Assembly: GCF_006345805.1 (NCBI RefSeq)
Contig: NC_043012.1
Location: forward strand, 34,038,001 to 34,102,000
Direction of reading: 5' to 3'
Source: Octopus sinensis
Lineage: Eukaryota
DNA: 64,000 nucleotides
The notes below the pieces were generated by a model. That model saw only the letters and a program-made list of their open reading frames with translations. It ran no database searches and was not told where the DNA came from. Of the stretch, positions 38,977 to 52,686 are shown in pieces. Made by a program: the position numbers and the translations under genes. Position 1 is the stretch's first letter; each line of letters opens with the position of its first letter.

Positions 38977-40672
38977 CTGGAGGAACAAAGAAAGAAGAGA
39001 GGAATATAGGTGCATAAAAGAAAACAGGTATATAGGAATATAGGTATACAGGCACAAAGGACAATGCTCAGAGGCAAACACGAGTGATGGAACAGTGAGA
39101 GAGAAAGAGAAAGGGAAAAAACACTGTAAGAACATATAGAAATAGAGGTATATAGGAATTGGCACTCGAGCCCTGTGCTAGTAGTGTGCTAAGAGCACCA
39201 TCCAAGCGTGATCATTGCCAGAGCGGCTATCTGGCCTCCATGCCGGTGGCACGTAAAAGGGCACCATTCGAGCGTGATTGTTTACCAGCATCGCCTTACT
39301 GGCACCCATGCCGGTGGCATGTGTAAAAGATTCGAGCAAGGTCTTTGCCAGTACCGCCTGACTGGCCCCGTGCCGGTGGCACATAAAAGCACCCACTACA
39401 CTCTCAGAATGGTTGGCATTAGGAAGGGTGTCCAGCTGTAGAAACTCTGCCAGATCAAGACTGAAGCCTGGTGCAACCATCTGGTTCGCCAGCCCTCAGT
39501 CAAACCGTCTAACTCATGCTAGCATGGAAAGCAAATGTTAAATGATGATGATGATGAGGGTGGAGGGGTGTCCATGAGTTTTACAAATTTTCCTGCATTG
39601 GTGAGACCAATGTAGAAATGTTCAGTTTTAACAACTGTAGGTCATCATACCTAGTTCTGGGAAGGAAACACTGGTGTAGAGTTCGGGATGTGAGACACAA
39701 CTGGTATTATTAAGTCCCAGATCAGTAATGTGAAAGAAGCACAGAGAGACAGGGACAAACAGACAGAAAGAGATAGGATTGTTGTTCTCATTGAGCAAAT
39801 CTATGATGAGAAAATCAAGGGTCTGAAAGAGGGACAGTAAATATGGGAAGTGATATGATGTGAGTGGAAGGAACCAGGGGCAGGATAAAACAGTTCAGTT
39901 TTTTGATCGACATTCTATTAACTCAACCAATTAAAAACAGCTTTTGGATACAAAAAAATACATTCATAAATTTAAAGAAAACAATATTTTTAAAAATTGA
40001 AGAAAAAAACTTCTTGTTTATTTTGTTACTAAGTTATAATTTTTTAAAACCATTTTTAACAGTGAAACTTGATATAAATAATTGCAAGTAAATATTGAGC
40101 TGAAGAACTATCTTGGATAGGAAAAGTTGAAGGCTGCCTGGAGGACTTGAACCTACAGCTGTAAACATGATAGATAATGGTGTGAACAATTTTATAAAAG
40201 ATTTACACCTAAAGTCCACCCAGGTTTGAGATTCAGTAAAATGGTTGGCAAGTGAGTAGAGACATAGGGCTCTACAGAGCCCTTTAATCTTGTTAAGTTT
40301 AAAGCAATCCCTCCAGAGGGAAGGAGGAAGGGAGGCAGTACAGGAGGAGGTAGAGGAGGAAGTAGAAGAGGAGGTGTGTTTCAGTTTGATCCCTAGTCAT
40401 CAACAGGTATCTTATCCTAGATGTACACAATACCAGGCTGGATTTGAACTAAGAACCTAGTAGATAAGTCTGTGGACAAGGTGAATAAAAGCCTTACTAC
40501 CATTAATGCACATTCTAAAGATGACTAGTTCCAACTCAGGGTGGTACTTTAAACAGAGCCAGGAATAAGACCAGTTCTGGCCTTCACAGATCAAATATAT
40601 GGAAATGACACGTAATGATGTAAATATTAAAATTCTTTCAATTTTATCATAAAATGACTCAAAGCTGCCTAC

Positions 40673-40754
40673 CGCGTCTTGTAATTAATGCATGATCCTC
40701 AGTCCGCAAAGGATTACTTTTCTCCCAAGCTATATAACGTTTCCAGAGTTCAAC
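40673..40754 (-). CDS. CSTF3: CstF-77 exon
   Basis: tag|[27 protein letters not shown](G)|gtaggc; 82 nt. Confidence 0.95.
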
Positions 40755-41588
40755 CTAAAATAGGGAAAAAAATATATCACAATAGAACAAAATGAAAAAA
40801 ATTAACAAAAAAGATAGAAGAAAGATATTTATTCCTCTTTACTTCAGTGTGGACTTGGTGCTGGGTGAGGTCAATTGGGAGCAGATAGGGAAGCTGGTTA
40901 GCCGCTCTGTCAATAATCATACTCGTATGGTGCTCTTCGCACCCTGCTAGCACGGACGCTAGATTTTTGTTAGATACAGTATATTCAGGACTAGATTTTC
41001 TGATATTCTTTTTTAAGATAACAAGAAGGTGAACGGTTTGTGAAAGCCATATAAACTATACTCTTTTACTCTTTTACTTGTTTCAGTCATTTGACTGCGG
41101 CCATGCTGGAGCACCGCCTTTAATCAAGCAACTCAACCCCGGGACTTATTCTTTTGTAAGCCCAGTACTTATTCTATCGGTCTCTTTTGCCGAACTGCTA
41201 AGTAACGGGGACATAAACACACCACCATCGCCTGTCAAGCAATGCTAGGGGAACAAACACACACACGCATACATATATACGACGGGCTTCTTTCAGTTTC
41301 TGTCTACCAAAATCCACTCACAAGGCTTTGGTCGGCCCGAGGCTATAGTAGAAGACACTTGCCCAAGGTGCCACGCAGTGGGACTGAACCCGGAACCATG
41401 TGGTTGGTAAACAAGCTACTTACCACACAGCCACTCCTGCACCTATGTATAAAGATCCTCAGTGGCTCAAAAATAGTCTTGCTTATACTATTTCCATTAA
41501 ATTTCATAGGGTAATCCACATTTTCCTCTTCATATGAAACAAACCAGATGACTTTCTCAGCTATGATGGACTAAATTAGACAACTTGC

Positions 41589-41747
41589 CTGTTTTGCTTC
41601 TTCAGGGGTATTTTGTGGGGGTACCGAGGGGGAATTCCTGTTCAACCCTCTCGTAACTGCTTCATACTCTTTGGCAACTCGTCGCGCATTCATATAATCA
41701 CGGCCTCTGTCCTCTGACATCTTTTTAGCAATTAAAGGATTTATATT
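41589..41747 (-). CDS. CSTF3: CstF-77 exon ending in a GC donor
   Basis: cag|[53 protein letters not shown]|gcaagt; 159 nt. Confidence 0.94.
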
Positions 41748-42362
41748 CTGAAATTAAATGAAAAGAAATCAAGTTTAATTTTAAATAAATTTATAAGCAA
41801 AAAAGAGAAAAACTTCTAAGGATACAGCTGAACAGAATATTTTGTGTGATAACTGTTAATTTTCTTAAAAAAACTGTTTTCCAGTTACTCCACTACACTC
41901 TCGGAGTGGTTGGCGTTAGGAAGGGCATCCAGCTGTAGAAACTCTGCCAGATCAAGACTGGGGCCTGGTGCAGCCATCTAGTTTGCCAGCCCTCAGTCAT
42001 TCGTCCAACCCATGCTAGCATGGAAAGCAGACATTAAACGATTAAACAATGATGCTCCATACAAGCGATGAAACCACAACTACTGACGTAAAGAGTTTGA
42101 TTATTTACGATCCACCTCACCTCCATCCCACCGTTAATACATTAATACAATAGATAAGTATTTCATTGTCTGCTGTGTCAATGAGAGGAAAAAAACCCAC
42201 TTGATTCCCACCGGCTAAGTCCTCCTCGACTGTAAACAGATTCCATGAACTTTTTTAAACATTATGTTTCATTAGTTTCAATTGTTATGGTCAAGAACTC
42301 TTGAAGAGCCTGACATGTCCAATGGGAAGTATCTTCTTTATTTTATCAAACTTTAAACTTAC

Positions 42363-42489
42363 TGTTTCATATTGATTATAGTCTTTCCATAACAATTCAA
42401 TATTGATCATTGGATTAACGACACCTCGTTGATAGACTTTCCTAACTGCTGTTATACGTTGGTTTTCGGCATACGACCCGACAGCTTCA
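42363..42489 (-). CDS. CSTF3: CstF-77 exon
   Basis: cag|[43 protein letters not shown]|gtaagt; 127 nt. Confidence 0.96.
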
Positions 42490-43119
42490 CTGAAATAAAA
42501 AAACAGACACACCTTTATCAGTACTAACTGGATTGAAGAATATTTCAAAGTACATAACTTGGTTACAACAGTGTGCCTGGCTGACTAATAGGCTGTATTT
42601 CTGATAAACAGTTAAGTTGTTAGTAATGTTATTGGTGACAACACACTAAAAAAGAAACTACAATTTTCACCAAACTTGTCCCTCACAAGAGGAACCACTC
42701 TATGTTGTTCCTAGTTATAATTTTAATTAACTTGTTTTTATTGAATTAACTGATTGGTTACAATGGTTGATAGTTCTGCTGCCTCAATAAAATTAATAGT
42801 AACAGTTTCAAATGTTGGCACATCACCAGTAATATTAGTGGGAAGAGTTTAATCAATTGTATTAACCCCAGTGCTCAACTGGTACTTATTTTATCGACCC
42901 CAAAAGGATGAAAGGTAAAGTTGAACTTAGCAGAATTTGAACACGTACTTGTTTCTAATTTAACACGGAGGCATTAGAGAATTACATCAACCCTAGGAGT
43001 GTACTCCTAGGGTACTGGAGTATATAATATTATACTGATATAAAAATATATGTAAGAAGCATTAACTTGGAAAAAGAAGTTTGATGAAAATTATGTAGTT
43101 TAAGAAGTTGGGTACTTAC

Positions 43120-43221
43120 ACAGATTTTAAGAAGTTTATATAATCAACCCAAATCTGGTATGACATAATATCCATTCCTACTTTATCTAAGGCAAAATCA
43201 TAGGCTTGGGCCATCTTTTCT
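43120..43221 (-). CDS. CSTF3: CstF-77 exon
   Basis: cag|[34 protein letters not shown](GT)|gtaagt; 102 nt. Confidence 0.96.
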
Positions 43222-44924
43222 CTGAAATATACAAATATTAATTGACAATACATGATGACAAGTTAATACATTAATTTAATTACCATAAAAACCCATGTAA
43301 TTTGCACACCTGTGTAATATACACAGGTGATTTTCAGGATAAAAATTATAAAAAAAGAAAGCTTCTACTTGTGTAAAATTCGCACCCAAAAGTTTTCAGA
43401 ATTGCTGATATGGCCAGAGGGAAAAGGTTTTCAAATTAGTTGTATTTAGTATAATTTCACTTACTTATGATTAGATTTTATTAAATTTTCATTAAATAAA
43501 ATAATTTCTGTTTAACAGGTACCACATTGAAAGCTATTAAATTACAAAGAGTTTGTGTTGTTTATAATAAACTTTATTTTACGTTTCTTGCCCACAAGAG
43601 ATTATGTCCAATCTTTAGCATACTTCTGTATGTCTTCTCAAATCACAATCACAGGAAAAGTTGTTGATAATTCTGATCAACAGAAACAAAGCTGATAAAT
43701 ATGCATAAGTGTTGCAAAATAAGTTTAATTACCAATAAAGATCAGCTTGGATGACACTTTACTCAACCGACAGAGGAAGGTGACCGATCAAACTAATTAC
43801 GTAAACAGAATTCTGATTGGTCGAAAGTGTCTTCTCGTCTCAAGCTCTGATTTTCTGCCTATTCTTGTCAGAACCTTTGATACAGGGTATTGAAATTTTA
43901 ATCCCTTTCACACTTATAAAATGTCAAACAAACTTTAAAACTTGTCATTACCGTTTTAGCCAGGAGACCAAACTGATAGTTTGGTAACCCACTAAAATAA
44001 ACATTAAAAACCGAAAGGAGAAAATAAACAGCTTTGCAAGTTGAACTTGTTGCTTATTGAACAAGAGAGGTGCGAAATTTAAGAAGTGACTTATTAGAAT
44101 ATACATGTCTTTGAAGAGACATAAACAAGAATAGCAAAAATCTACTCTACCAAAAGAACTGGTAATACATACCAGTTCATACAAGTGCTTTATGAAGAGA
44201 ACATAAGATTGCTGCATAATTTAACATGAATGTGAAACAACATTAAACATCGTATAAGGTAAATGAAGGTTTCTGTAGGAACGCTAAGTCATATTCACTT
44301 AGTGAGTTGACATGAGCAAGGATGAATTATGTTGTTGTCGGTGTTAGATGCAGTAAGAGCTGGTAGTGGCAATGTCAGTGGTGATGAATTTCATTGTCCT
44401 AATGTGGAGAAATCGAACAATAGCTTCCTGGAGGCAAATACAAGCTAGACTTCGTAAGTGGAGAAAAACTGATCTCTTTAAGGAAATTGCTGGGCTCCAT
44501 TGCAATAGTAAAATATGGCCCGGACCGTGATTACCAACATGGATGTCAGACTTCAAAAAGTAGTTAACCATTTAATGGTTTTAGTAAACGTTCATGCTGG
44601 TAATCACGGTCCAGGCCATATCTTACATTGCTTGGAGTTTCTACGTATCATGATGGCAAATTTTGGCACAAGGCCAGCAAGTTGAAGGAGTGGCTGAGTC
44701 AATTAAATCAACCACAGTGTTCAACTGGTGCATATTTTATCAACCCCAAAAGGATGAAAGGCAAAGTCAACCTCAGCAGAATTTGAACTCAGAACACGGA
44801 GGCAAACAAAATGTTGCTAAGCATTTTGCCTGCCATGCTAATGATATTGTTAGTTCACTACCTTCATTTGAAATATAATATTGACTTCATTATGAATCAC
44901 TTGTTAATTATTTTTGTTTCTTAC

Positions 44925-45022
44925 CTGTAAGAAGGCAACTTTCCCTTGGTTTCCTTTATATATGAGAGGTAGAGCTTCCACAGATCTATATTCAGAACCT
45001 TTATTAAACAGCGCTGGAAAAG
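44925..45022 (-). CDS. CSTF3: CstF-77 exon
   Basis: tag|[32 protein letters not shown](AG)|gtaaga; 98 nt. Confidence 0.96.
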
Positions 45023-45670
45023 CTACAACAGAAAGGGAAACAAAAAATAAAAACGAGTTGTTTTAAAAAACATACAAAGCAAAGTTGAGACATCAATATT
45101 AACCTCTGAGATATCAAAAGATCTATTTAATCTTTTGATAACTTTTGAGATACCAACATCATGTGTGTCTTTTTTTTATATTTTCTCAATCCCTATCACT
45201 CAGAAGGCCAGATACTTAGCTTCTGTGGTGTATGAGTGACCAAGATTTATGATGTATAAGTGACCAGTCTGTTGCAAGATTCAATGCCAACAATTTTGAG
45301 AGGAGAGAACAAGTTGATTACATTAATCCCAGTACTTGACTGGTACTTTATTTTATCAACCCTAAAAGGAGGAAAGGCAGTGAAGACCTCAGATCAATAA
45401 ATCTATTTGATCAATGTTAACATTTGAGGATATCAATCGGACGTTAAACGATGATGATGATGATGATAAATATTGACAAGTAAATTGAAAATCTAATGTC
45501 TTCACATAAAAAGAGCTGTGCAGTATTTGTTGCACATATATTACACAGACATTCAGTTGTGGTTCCATTGTAAATACAAGGAACCAGTGATTGACCCGAC
45601 AGAAACTTATAAGCAGGAATATTCTAAGTGTTTACCAATTCCAAATATGGAAAAATGAAATGTTACTTAC

Positions 45671-45703
45671 TTTTTCAACTCTTTCATAATTTTTAGCCTT
45701 CAT
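45671..45703 (-). CDS. CSTF3: CstF-77 33-nt micro-exon (most 5' exon found in the window)
   Basis: cag|MKAKNYERVEK|gtaagt, similar to human IKAKNYDKVEK. The 18 exons sum to 1935 nt with consistent phases. Confidence 0.9.
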
Positions 45704-48700
45704 CTGAAAAATACATGAAAAAGGAAAATAAATGGACTGATGAAGATATAAAAAGTATAAAAACAGCTGCCTGGAGGAAATAATTGGATTATTCTTAACT
45801 TCTAGACTGAGTCCAAAGACACCAGGCAAACAGTAGCAACCTGAAAGAACTTTGAGTTATTTCCCTTTAGTGATTCCTCTTTACAAGAAATCCTGTCAAC
45901 TCCATTCAAATTGGTCTGTGGCTTAAACAACATAATAGAATCAAAAATAACCAAGTGCATTTGTATTGGACAAATAGTTTAAAGGATTCATGTTAAAATA
46001 ATTTTTATGTATTTCTTCGACCAGGTTTACTTAATTCTTTAAATTTCAAAACTATAGAAAAATGTAAGCAACCCCCTAAAAGCCCCTCCAGCCACCCATC
46101 ACACTTTTTGGTGGAAGGCTTAGGAGCTGTTAAGATTCACAAGCATATTTCATGTGGAAATCACCACTAATTAAAATGATCACATTTAATGAAGTAATTC
46201 TTGTAATTAAGATAATCATATATAATAAAATAGTTGCCAGTAATTAAGCCTATCATATCTAATGAGGTAGTTGCCAGTAATTAGTAAATGAAGACAATTA
46301 GTGTAAATCCTTCTGTTCCAACCTCAAACTAGGTTGCTCAATCTGCTAGAGATAGCAATGAAATCTCTCTTAAACTACACCACACTTAAGATGGATGTGT
46401 GGCAAGAAGCTTGCTTCCCTACCACAAGGTTCCGGGTTCAGTCCCACTGCGTGACACCTTGGGCAAATGTCTTCTACTATAGCCTCGGGCCAACTAAAGT
46501 CTTGAGTGGATTTGGTAGACGGAAACTGAAAGAAGCCCATTGTATATGTGTGTTTTTGTGTCTGTGTTTGTTGTCCATCACTGCTTGACAACTGGTGTCA
46601 GTGTTTACATCACCATAACTTAGCAGTTCAGCAAAAAGAAACTAACAGAATAAGTACCAGGCTTTAAAAGAAAAAATAACACCTTGGGGTAAATTCGATC
46701 AGCTAAAAATTCTTCAAGGCAGTGCCCCAGTATGACCACAGACTAATGACTGAAACAAGTAAAAGATAAAAAGATAGTGGATTATGTAGTCTAATGTACA
46801 CTTAAATAAAGTATGAGGTGGCCATGGGTGGAATGTCACTGATCATAGGTCTGTTCATTTAGGGTTGACTTAACAACACAGCATCAGCATGTCTACTCCG
46901 CAACCATCTACCAAACTGCCAGAAACTGACTGGGGTAGCAAAATGAATGAAGTTCAATAAGACTGAAAAATAACCAAAGTTGTTTCCCACCTGTTAAAAC
47001 AATTATATTGACCCCTGGTATGTGACTGGTACTGTGAAAGGGGGAAGTTAACTTTAGTGTGATTAGAACCTAAACAATATCAGTCAATGACTAACACAAT
47101 CTTATCTCACCACATAATACTCCCTTCATTTAGTTTGTTAATAACGCTAACTTAATTGTCCATCTGTCTCACCAATTAATTCTTTCTAATTAACCATTTG
47201 AGTCTCTCGACATTTAATAATCTTTTACTTGTTTCAGTCACCAGACTACAGCCATGCTGGGGCACCAACGAGGAAGAATTTTAGTCAAACAAATTAACCC
47301 CAGTATTTATCTTTGTTTTGCTTTTTCTTTTAAGCCTGGCACTTGTTCTATTGGTCTCTTTTGTTGAACTGTTATGTTATGGGGATGTAAACATGCCAGT
47401 GGCTGTTGTCAAGCAGTGGTGGGGGACAAACACAGACACAAAAACACACACACGTGTGTGTGTGTTGGTGTTTGTGTGCATGCATGTGTGATGGACTTCT
47501 TTCAGTTTCTGTCTACCAAATCCAAGGCTGTAGTAGAAGGCACTTGCCCAAGGTGGCATGCAGTGGGGATGAATCCAGAACCATGTAGTAGGGAACACTT
47601 GTGCCTATCACTTAACAATTAACACATTTGTGATTAAGAGTACAATAGAGCATTAAGTACTTCATGAGATCTTGATAAACCAGTAGGCAACTTTTCCTGA
47701 AAATTCTACCTTACTATCATAGTAAAGAAAGGGCTCTTTGGATATTGTGATTTATTCAGTTAGAGCTGATCTGTGGTTATACAAAAACAGTTAAAACTTA
47801 AAACAAAAGGTGAATGCTCCAGAATCTTAAAATGAATATGAAACAAACATACCTTGGGATATGATGCTAGATTAACACAATCAAATTTCATATAATGCAG
47901 CTAGTTTTTAAACTGAAGTTATGTGACACAATGAAAAGTTAGCAACAAAATACCTTCTCTCCTGTTTAATCAATCCAAAAATATGGAGCAGGTGTCATAG
48001 TATGAAGAGGTATTATTTGAATGGATAACTTGGTGACAATGATATAACCAATACTTCCACTTTGAATTTCTGCAGAATATTAGTTGATGATGTATAACAT
48101 GAGGAGAGAAAGTGCTCCAGTGGGATGTGCAGTTCTGAGGAGGAAAGATTGGGTTACATGACAAGCAATAAGTCTGGGGAGGGTTCATAGCAGGAACTGA
48201 TGAGTGCTGGATGGATATATCAAACAGTTTAGATGGATGTGGTACAGAATAGACAAATCTAGGAAAATAGAGACTGTGTTAGTAGAAAAGACAGATGGGA
48301 ACGGTTTGTTGTATAAGAAAAGTATAATCTAGAATGTGTGTACAGGATGGCTACGTCACTACAGTGCATACTTATGCACAGTCTGCATGTATGTGATAAC
48401 TGTATCACTTTAGTGCATGTCTTGAACTGTGAAAGCACTATGAAGACAGATGCACCACAATAGTGCAGACTTGTACACACTCCATGTATACATGATAGAT
48501 GTGCCACTGCAGTGCAGACTTGTACAGTGAAAACAAATGCACTACATGCTAGGCAAATTTTGTACTGTGAAGACAAGTGCACCATAACAGTGTATAATTC
48601 GTACACAAAGTGTAAAGTATTTTTTCATATTTTCATCGTGAAAGTTAATGATTAGAGAGACAAAGTGAAATGGGAAACAGTAAATGTAGAACTAAGGTGT

Positions 48701-49565
48701 GAAGGACTGCAAACCACATGATCATAGGTTCAAATATTACTCTAGCCGCTCTAGTGTGAACTTTGCTCAGTTTGGCTCTACTTCAATAGAAAGAGCAGCC
48801 AAATATAAAAACGATTGTTAAAATAAACACAACCAACACTTCTTAGCAGATATGAAAGAAAAATCTTGTAAAATACTGTTAATGTGTAATGGATGGAGAG
48901 ATGGGTGCATGCATGCATAATGTATGTGTGGATGCTGAAATGGAGCTGAAGCAAGAAAATCCTGTCTTTGACATACATTTCGATTAATGTTTAACTCTTT
49001 ATTTGTGTGTTTTACATAAATATTTGTTTCAGTTAAGCAAAAGTTTTGGGGAAAACAATGGCGTGACTGGATCAAAGGGAGTTAATTCTGTGCATACCAT
49101 TGAACGTCTGCCAAATTTCAGAAATATAATTTCCCCATCAAAAACCTAGCACGTGTGTGTGCGCGTGCAAGAGAGAGAGAGATGTGTTCACAAGGGACAA
49201 AACTCCACTAGCATGAACGTGTGTAGAGGATGATTGGGTAAAGAAATGCCAAATTATTTGAGAGAAAGGAAGCTCCAAAAATGGAAAGCCAAGAAAGACA
49301 AAGGAAGATGAGGTGGAGGTTGATCGCAGGAGTCTGGACCTATGCAAGCATTGGGAAACAGCTCATATATATATATACTCTTTTACTTGTTTCAGTCATT
49401 TGACTGCGGCCATGCTGGAGCACCGCCTTTAATCGGGCAACTCGAGCCCGGGATTTATTCTTTTGTAAGCCCAGTACTTATTCTATCGGTCTCTTTTGCC
49501 GAACCGCTAAGTAACAGGGACATAAACACACCAGCATCAGTTGTCAAGCAATGCTAAGGGGACAA

Positions 49566-49596
<31 letters not shown>

Positions 49597-49758
49597 AATA
49601 TATACGACGGGCTTCTTTCAGTTTCTATCTACCAAATCCGAGGCTATAGTAGAAGACACTTGCCCAAGGTGTCACGCAGTGGGACTGAACCCGGAACCAT
49701 GTGGTTGATAAACAAGCTACTTACCACACAGCCACTCCTGCGCCTATATATATATATA

Positions 49759-50008
49759 AATAAGGTTGGTACATAATTATTGCGGCTTTTTTTTCAACAA
49801 ATTTTATTCAACAAAAACAATAACAGCATGTAACAAAACCGTCTTTAAATGATTATTCCGGAGCATATTCACCATCTCCTTCAATTACTGCTTCCCATTT
49901 GCTTGGCAGACGGCCAGACCGTCATTAAATGATGTTTTTGTTAAATACTGTTATTGTCAAATAAAATTTGATGAAAAAAAGCTGCAATAATTATGCACCA
50001 ACCCAATA
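49759..50008 (-). mobile_element. Mariner-derived MITE
   Basis: TIRs ttggtacataattattgcggc / gctgcaataattatgcaccaa. The interior encodes a mariner C-terminal remnant LPSKWEAVIEGDGEYAPE* on the minus strand. Confidence 0.8.
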
Positions 50009-50624
50009 TATACACACACACACACACACATATATAGATAAATATCATCAATTAGCATCCATGTTCCATGCTGGCAAAGATTGGACAGTTTGACAAGATC
50101 TAATGGGTCTAAGGACTGCATCATGCTTTAGTGTCTGCATTAGCTGGATGCCCTACCTAACGTCAACCCTTTTACAGATTGTAGTGGGTGCTTTATTTCA
50201 CACCACCAGCACCAGTGAGGTTCATGCAGCTTGCAAAATTACAAACCCCATGAAGAGCAACTTCATTTTAGGGGATGTGGAGTAAAGTGCAAGAGAAAAC
50301 GGCCAGAGAAGAATAGGTTTCTTAGACAGACAGACAGATATAAATGCAGATATATCATCATCATCGTTTAACGTCCGCTTTCCATGCTAGCATGGGTTGG
50401 ACGGTTCAACTGGGGTCTGGGAAACCAGGAGGCTGCACCAGGCCCAGTCTGATCTGGCAGTGTTTCTATAGCTGGATGCCCTTCCTAACACTAACCACGC
50501 CGTGAGTGTAGTGGGTGCTTTTTATGAGCCACCAGCACAGGCGCCAGGCGAGGCTGGCAATGGCCACGATCAGTTGATGCTTTTTACGTGCCACCGGCAC
50601 GGAGGCCAGTCAAGGTGGCGCTTA

Positions 50625-51780
50625 GCTTAAAGTTCATAGGCTGACTAAGATACTCTTATGTTATGCGACCAAATGTGGTTTTATTTTCAACATAGTCCCC
50701 TTTGCAGTCCACACACTTCTTCCATCCTGTTGATCAAAAAAGTCGTTAACACCAGATATGACATCATTATCACTGCAATATTGGTTCCCAGCCAAGTGTA
50801 TTTTCATGTTAGGGAACAGATGATAATCAGATGGGACCAAATCAGGAGAATAGAGAGGCTGATCAACCAGTTCAACGCCACAGCCACACACCACATCCAT
50901 TGAAACCAGTGACTTGTGTGCTGGAGCATTGTCCTGGTGGAATGAGACTCCTTTCATCAGGTTTCCTGGGCATCTGATCTTGATAGCTTTTCATAATTGC
51001 CTCAGTAAATTATATAATATTGATGGTGTAGCACAATGTTTTTTGCATCCCCCAAAACCGAGACCATCACCTTCTCTGCAGATGAAACGACCTTGGGTTT
51101 TTTTTCAGAGCAGGTGCGTGAGGGGTGTGTGTCCACTGCATGGATTGTCTCTTTCTCTCTGACTCTAAGTAATGAAGCCAACACTCATCCTGGCTTAGGA
51201 AATGTTCAAGGAAATCAACTGCATCCGCGTCAAACAATGTCAGATTTTCCCAAGATGTGGTCAACCTGATGCTCTTTTGAACAGGTGTCACAAGATGTGG
51301 CACTCACTGAGCAGAGAGACTTTAGTCATGCCAAGTTCATTGTGCAGAATGTTCTCAACTCTCTCACAGGATATGCTAATGACATTGACTATTTGATTTA
51401 TAGTCAATCACTTGTCATCCATCAGCATGTAGTGAACATGATTGATGTTTTCCTCAATGGTGGCTGTCACAGGACATCCGACCTTGGGTCATCTTCAAGA
51501 TTTTCCATTCCCCTCCTAAATTCAGCAGCCCACTTTTGCACTATTGATAAAGCAGGAATATCATCCCCTAATATAGCAAGCATATTAGTAGGAATGCCTT
51601 TGTGGGCTAAACCCTTTTTCTGCAGTGACTTGATAACACCACAATGTGAAATTTTGTCCATTTCTAAGACTACTAGTAAATTTTGTAGTCTTCTTTGAAC
51701 AGTCAGACGTTAGTATACCTGGAAAGAAACAATACAGTTATTAATGAGAAGAGTTGAAATTATTGCTTGCAAGATTTCAC
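50625..51780 (-). mobile_element. Degenerate mariner transposase
   Basis: Frameshifted segments: ...SIVQKWAAEFRRGMENLEDDPRS (HTH), DECWLH, KRQSMQW, KVVSSAEKVMVSV, HQDNAPAHKS, YSPDLVPSDYHLFPNMK. These are hallmarks of a D,D34D mariner. Boundaries approximate. Confidence 0.88.
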
Positions 51781-52651
51781 AGCTCTAGTATCTATTTCTT
51801 TACTACCCACAAGGGGCTAAACACAGAGGGGACAAACAAGGACAGACAAACAGATTAAGTCGATTACATCGACCCCAGTGCATCACTGGTACTTAATTTA
51901 TCGACCCCAAAAGGGTGAAAGGCAAAGTCGACCTTACAGCTCTAGTATCCCTCTTTCATAGTCCCCCCACCTTTGTAGATGTCTTTTATCTTTTACTTCT
52001 TCAATCATTGGACTGCAGCCATGCTTGTGCCCCACCTTGAAGGGTTTAGTCGAACAAACCAGTCTTGGTGCTTATTTTCGTTTAAAGCCTGGCATTTATT
52101 CTATCAGTCTCTTTTGTTAAACCACTATGTCACAAGGATGTAAACAAACCAACATCAGTTATCAAGCAAAAGTGGATGACAAACAAACACATCTACACAC
52201 ACACACACACACATATACGTATGAGAGGCTTCTTTCTGTTTCCATTCAACAAATCCACTCACAAGGCTTTGGTTGGCCCAGAGCCACAGTGGCAGACATT
52301 TGCGCAAGGTGCCAACAGTGGGACTGAATCTTAGACAATGTGGTGGCAAAGCAAACTTCTTACCATACATCCACACCTAGGAAGTAAGAAAGGTAGGTAG
52401 GTAGACAGGTAAGTAGATAGACACACACACACTGCATTATTTGAAACAGCTGCTGCCTCTCATAGCAATATCATTTTCATAATCTGACATGAAAAACAGA
52501 AGCTAATACTTTACTCCATAGGCTGAACGCTAGTTAAAAGAAAACCAGGAAAGAGAATGAACAGAATTTGTTGACACATGTCTGGTACACGTAAACATAG
52601 ATTGTCAGTCTTTGATGATATAATAACACTAAGCATAACACGTCATTATTG

Positions 52652-52686
<35 letters not shown>

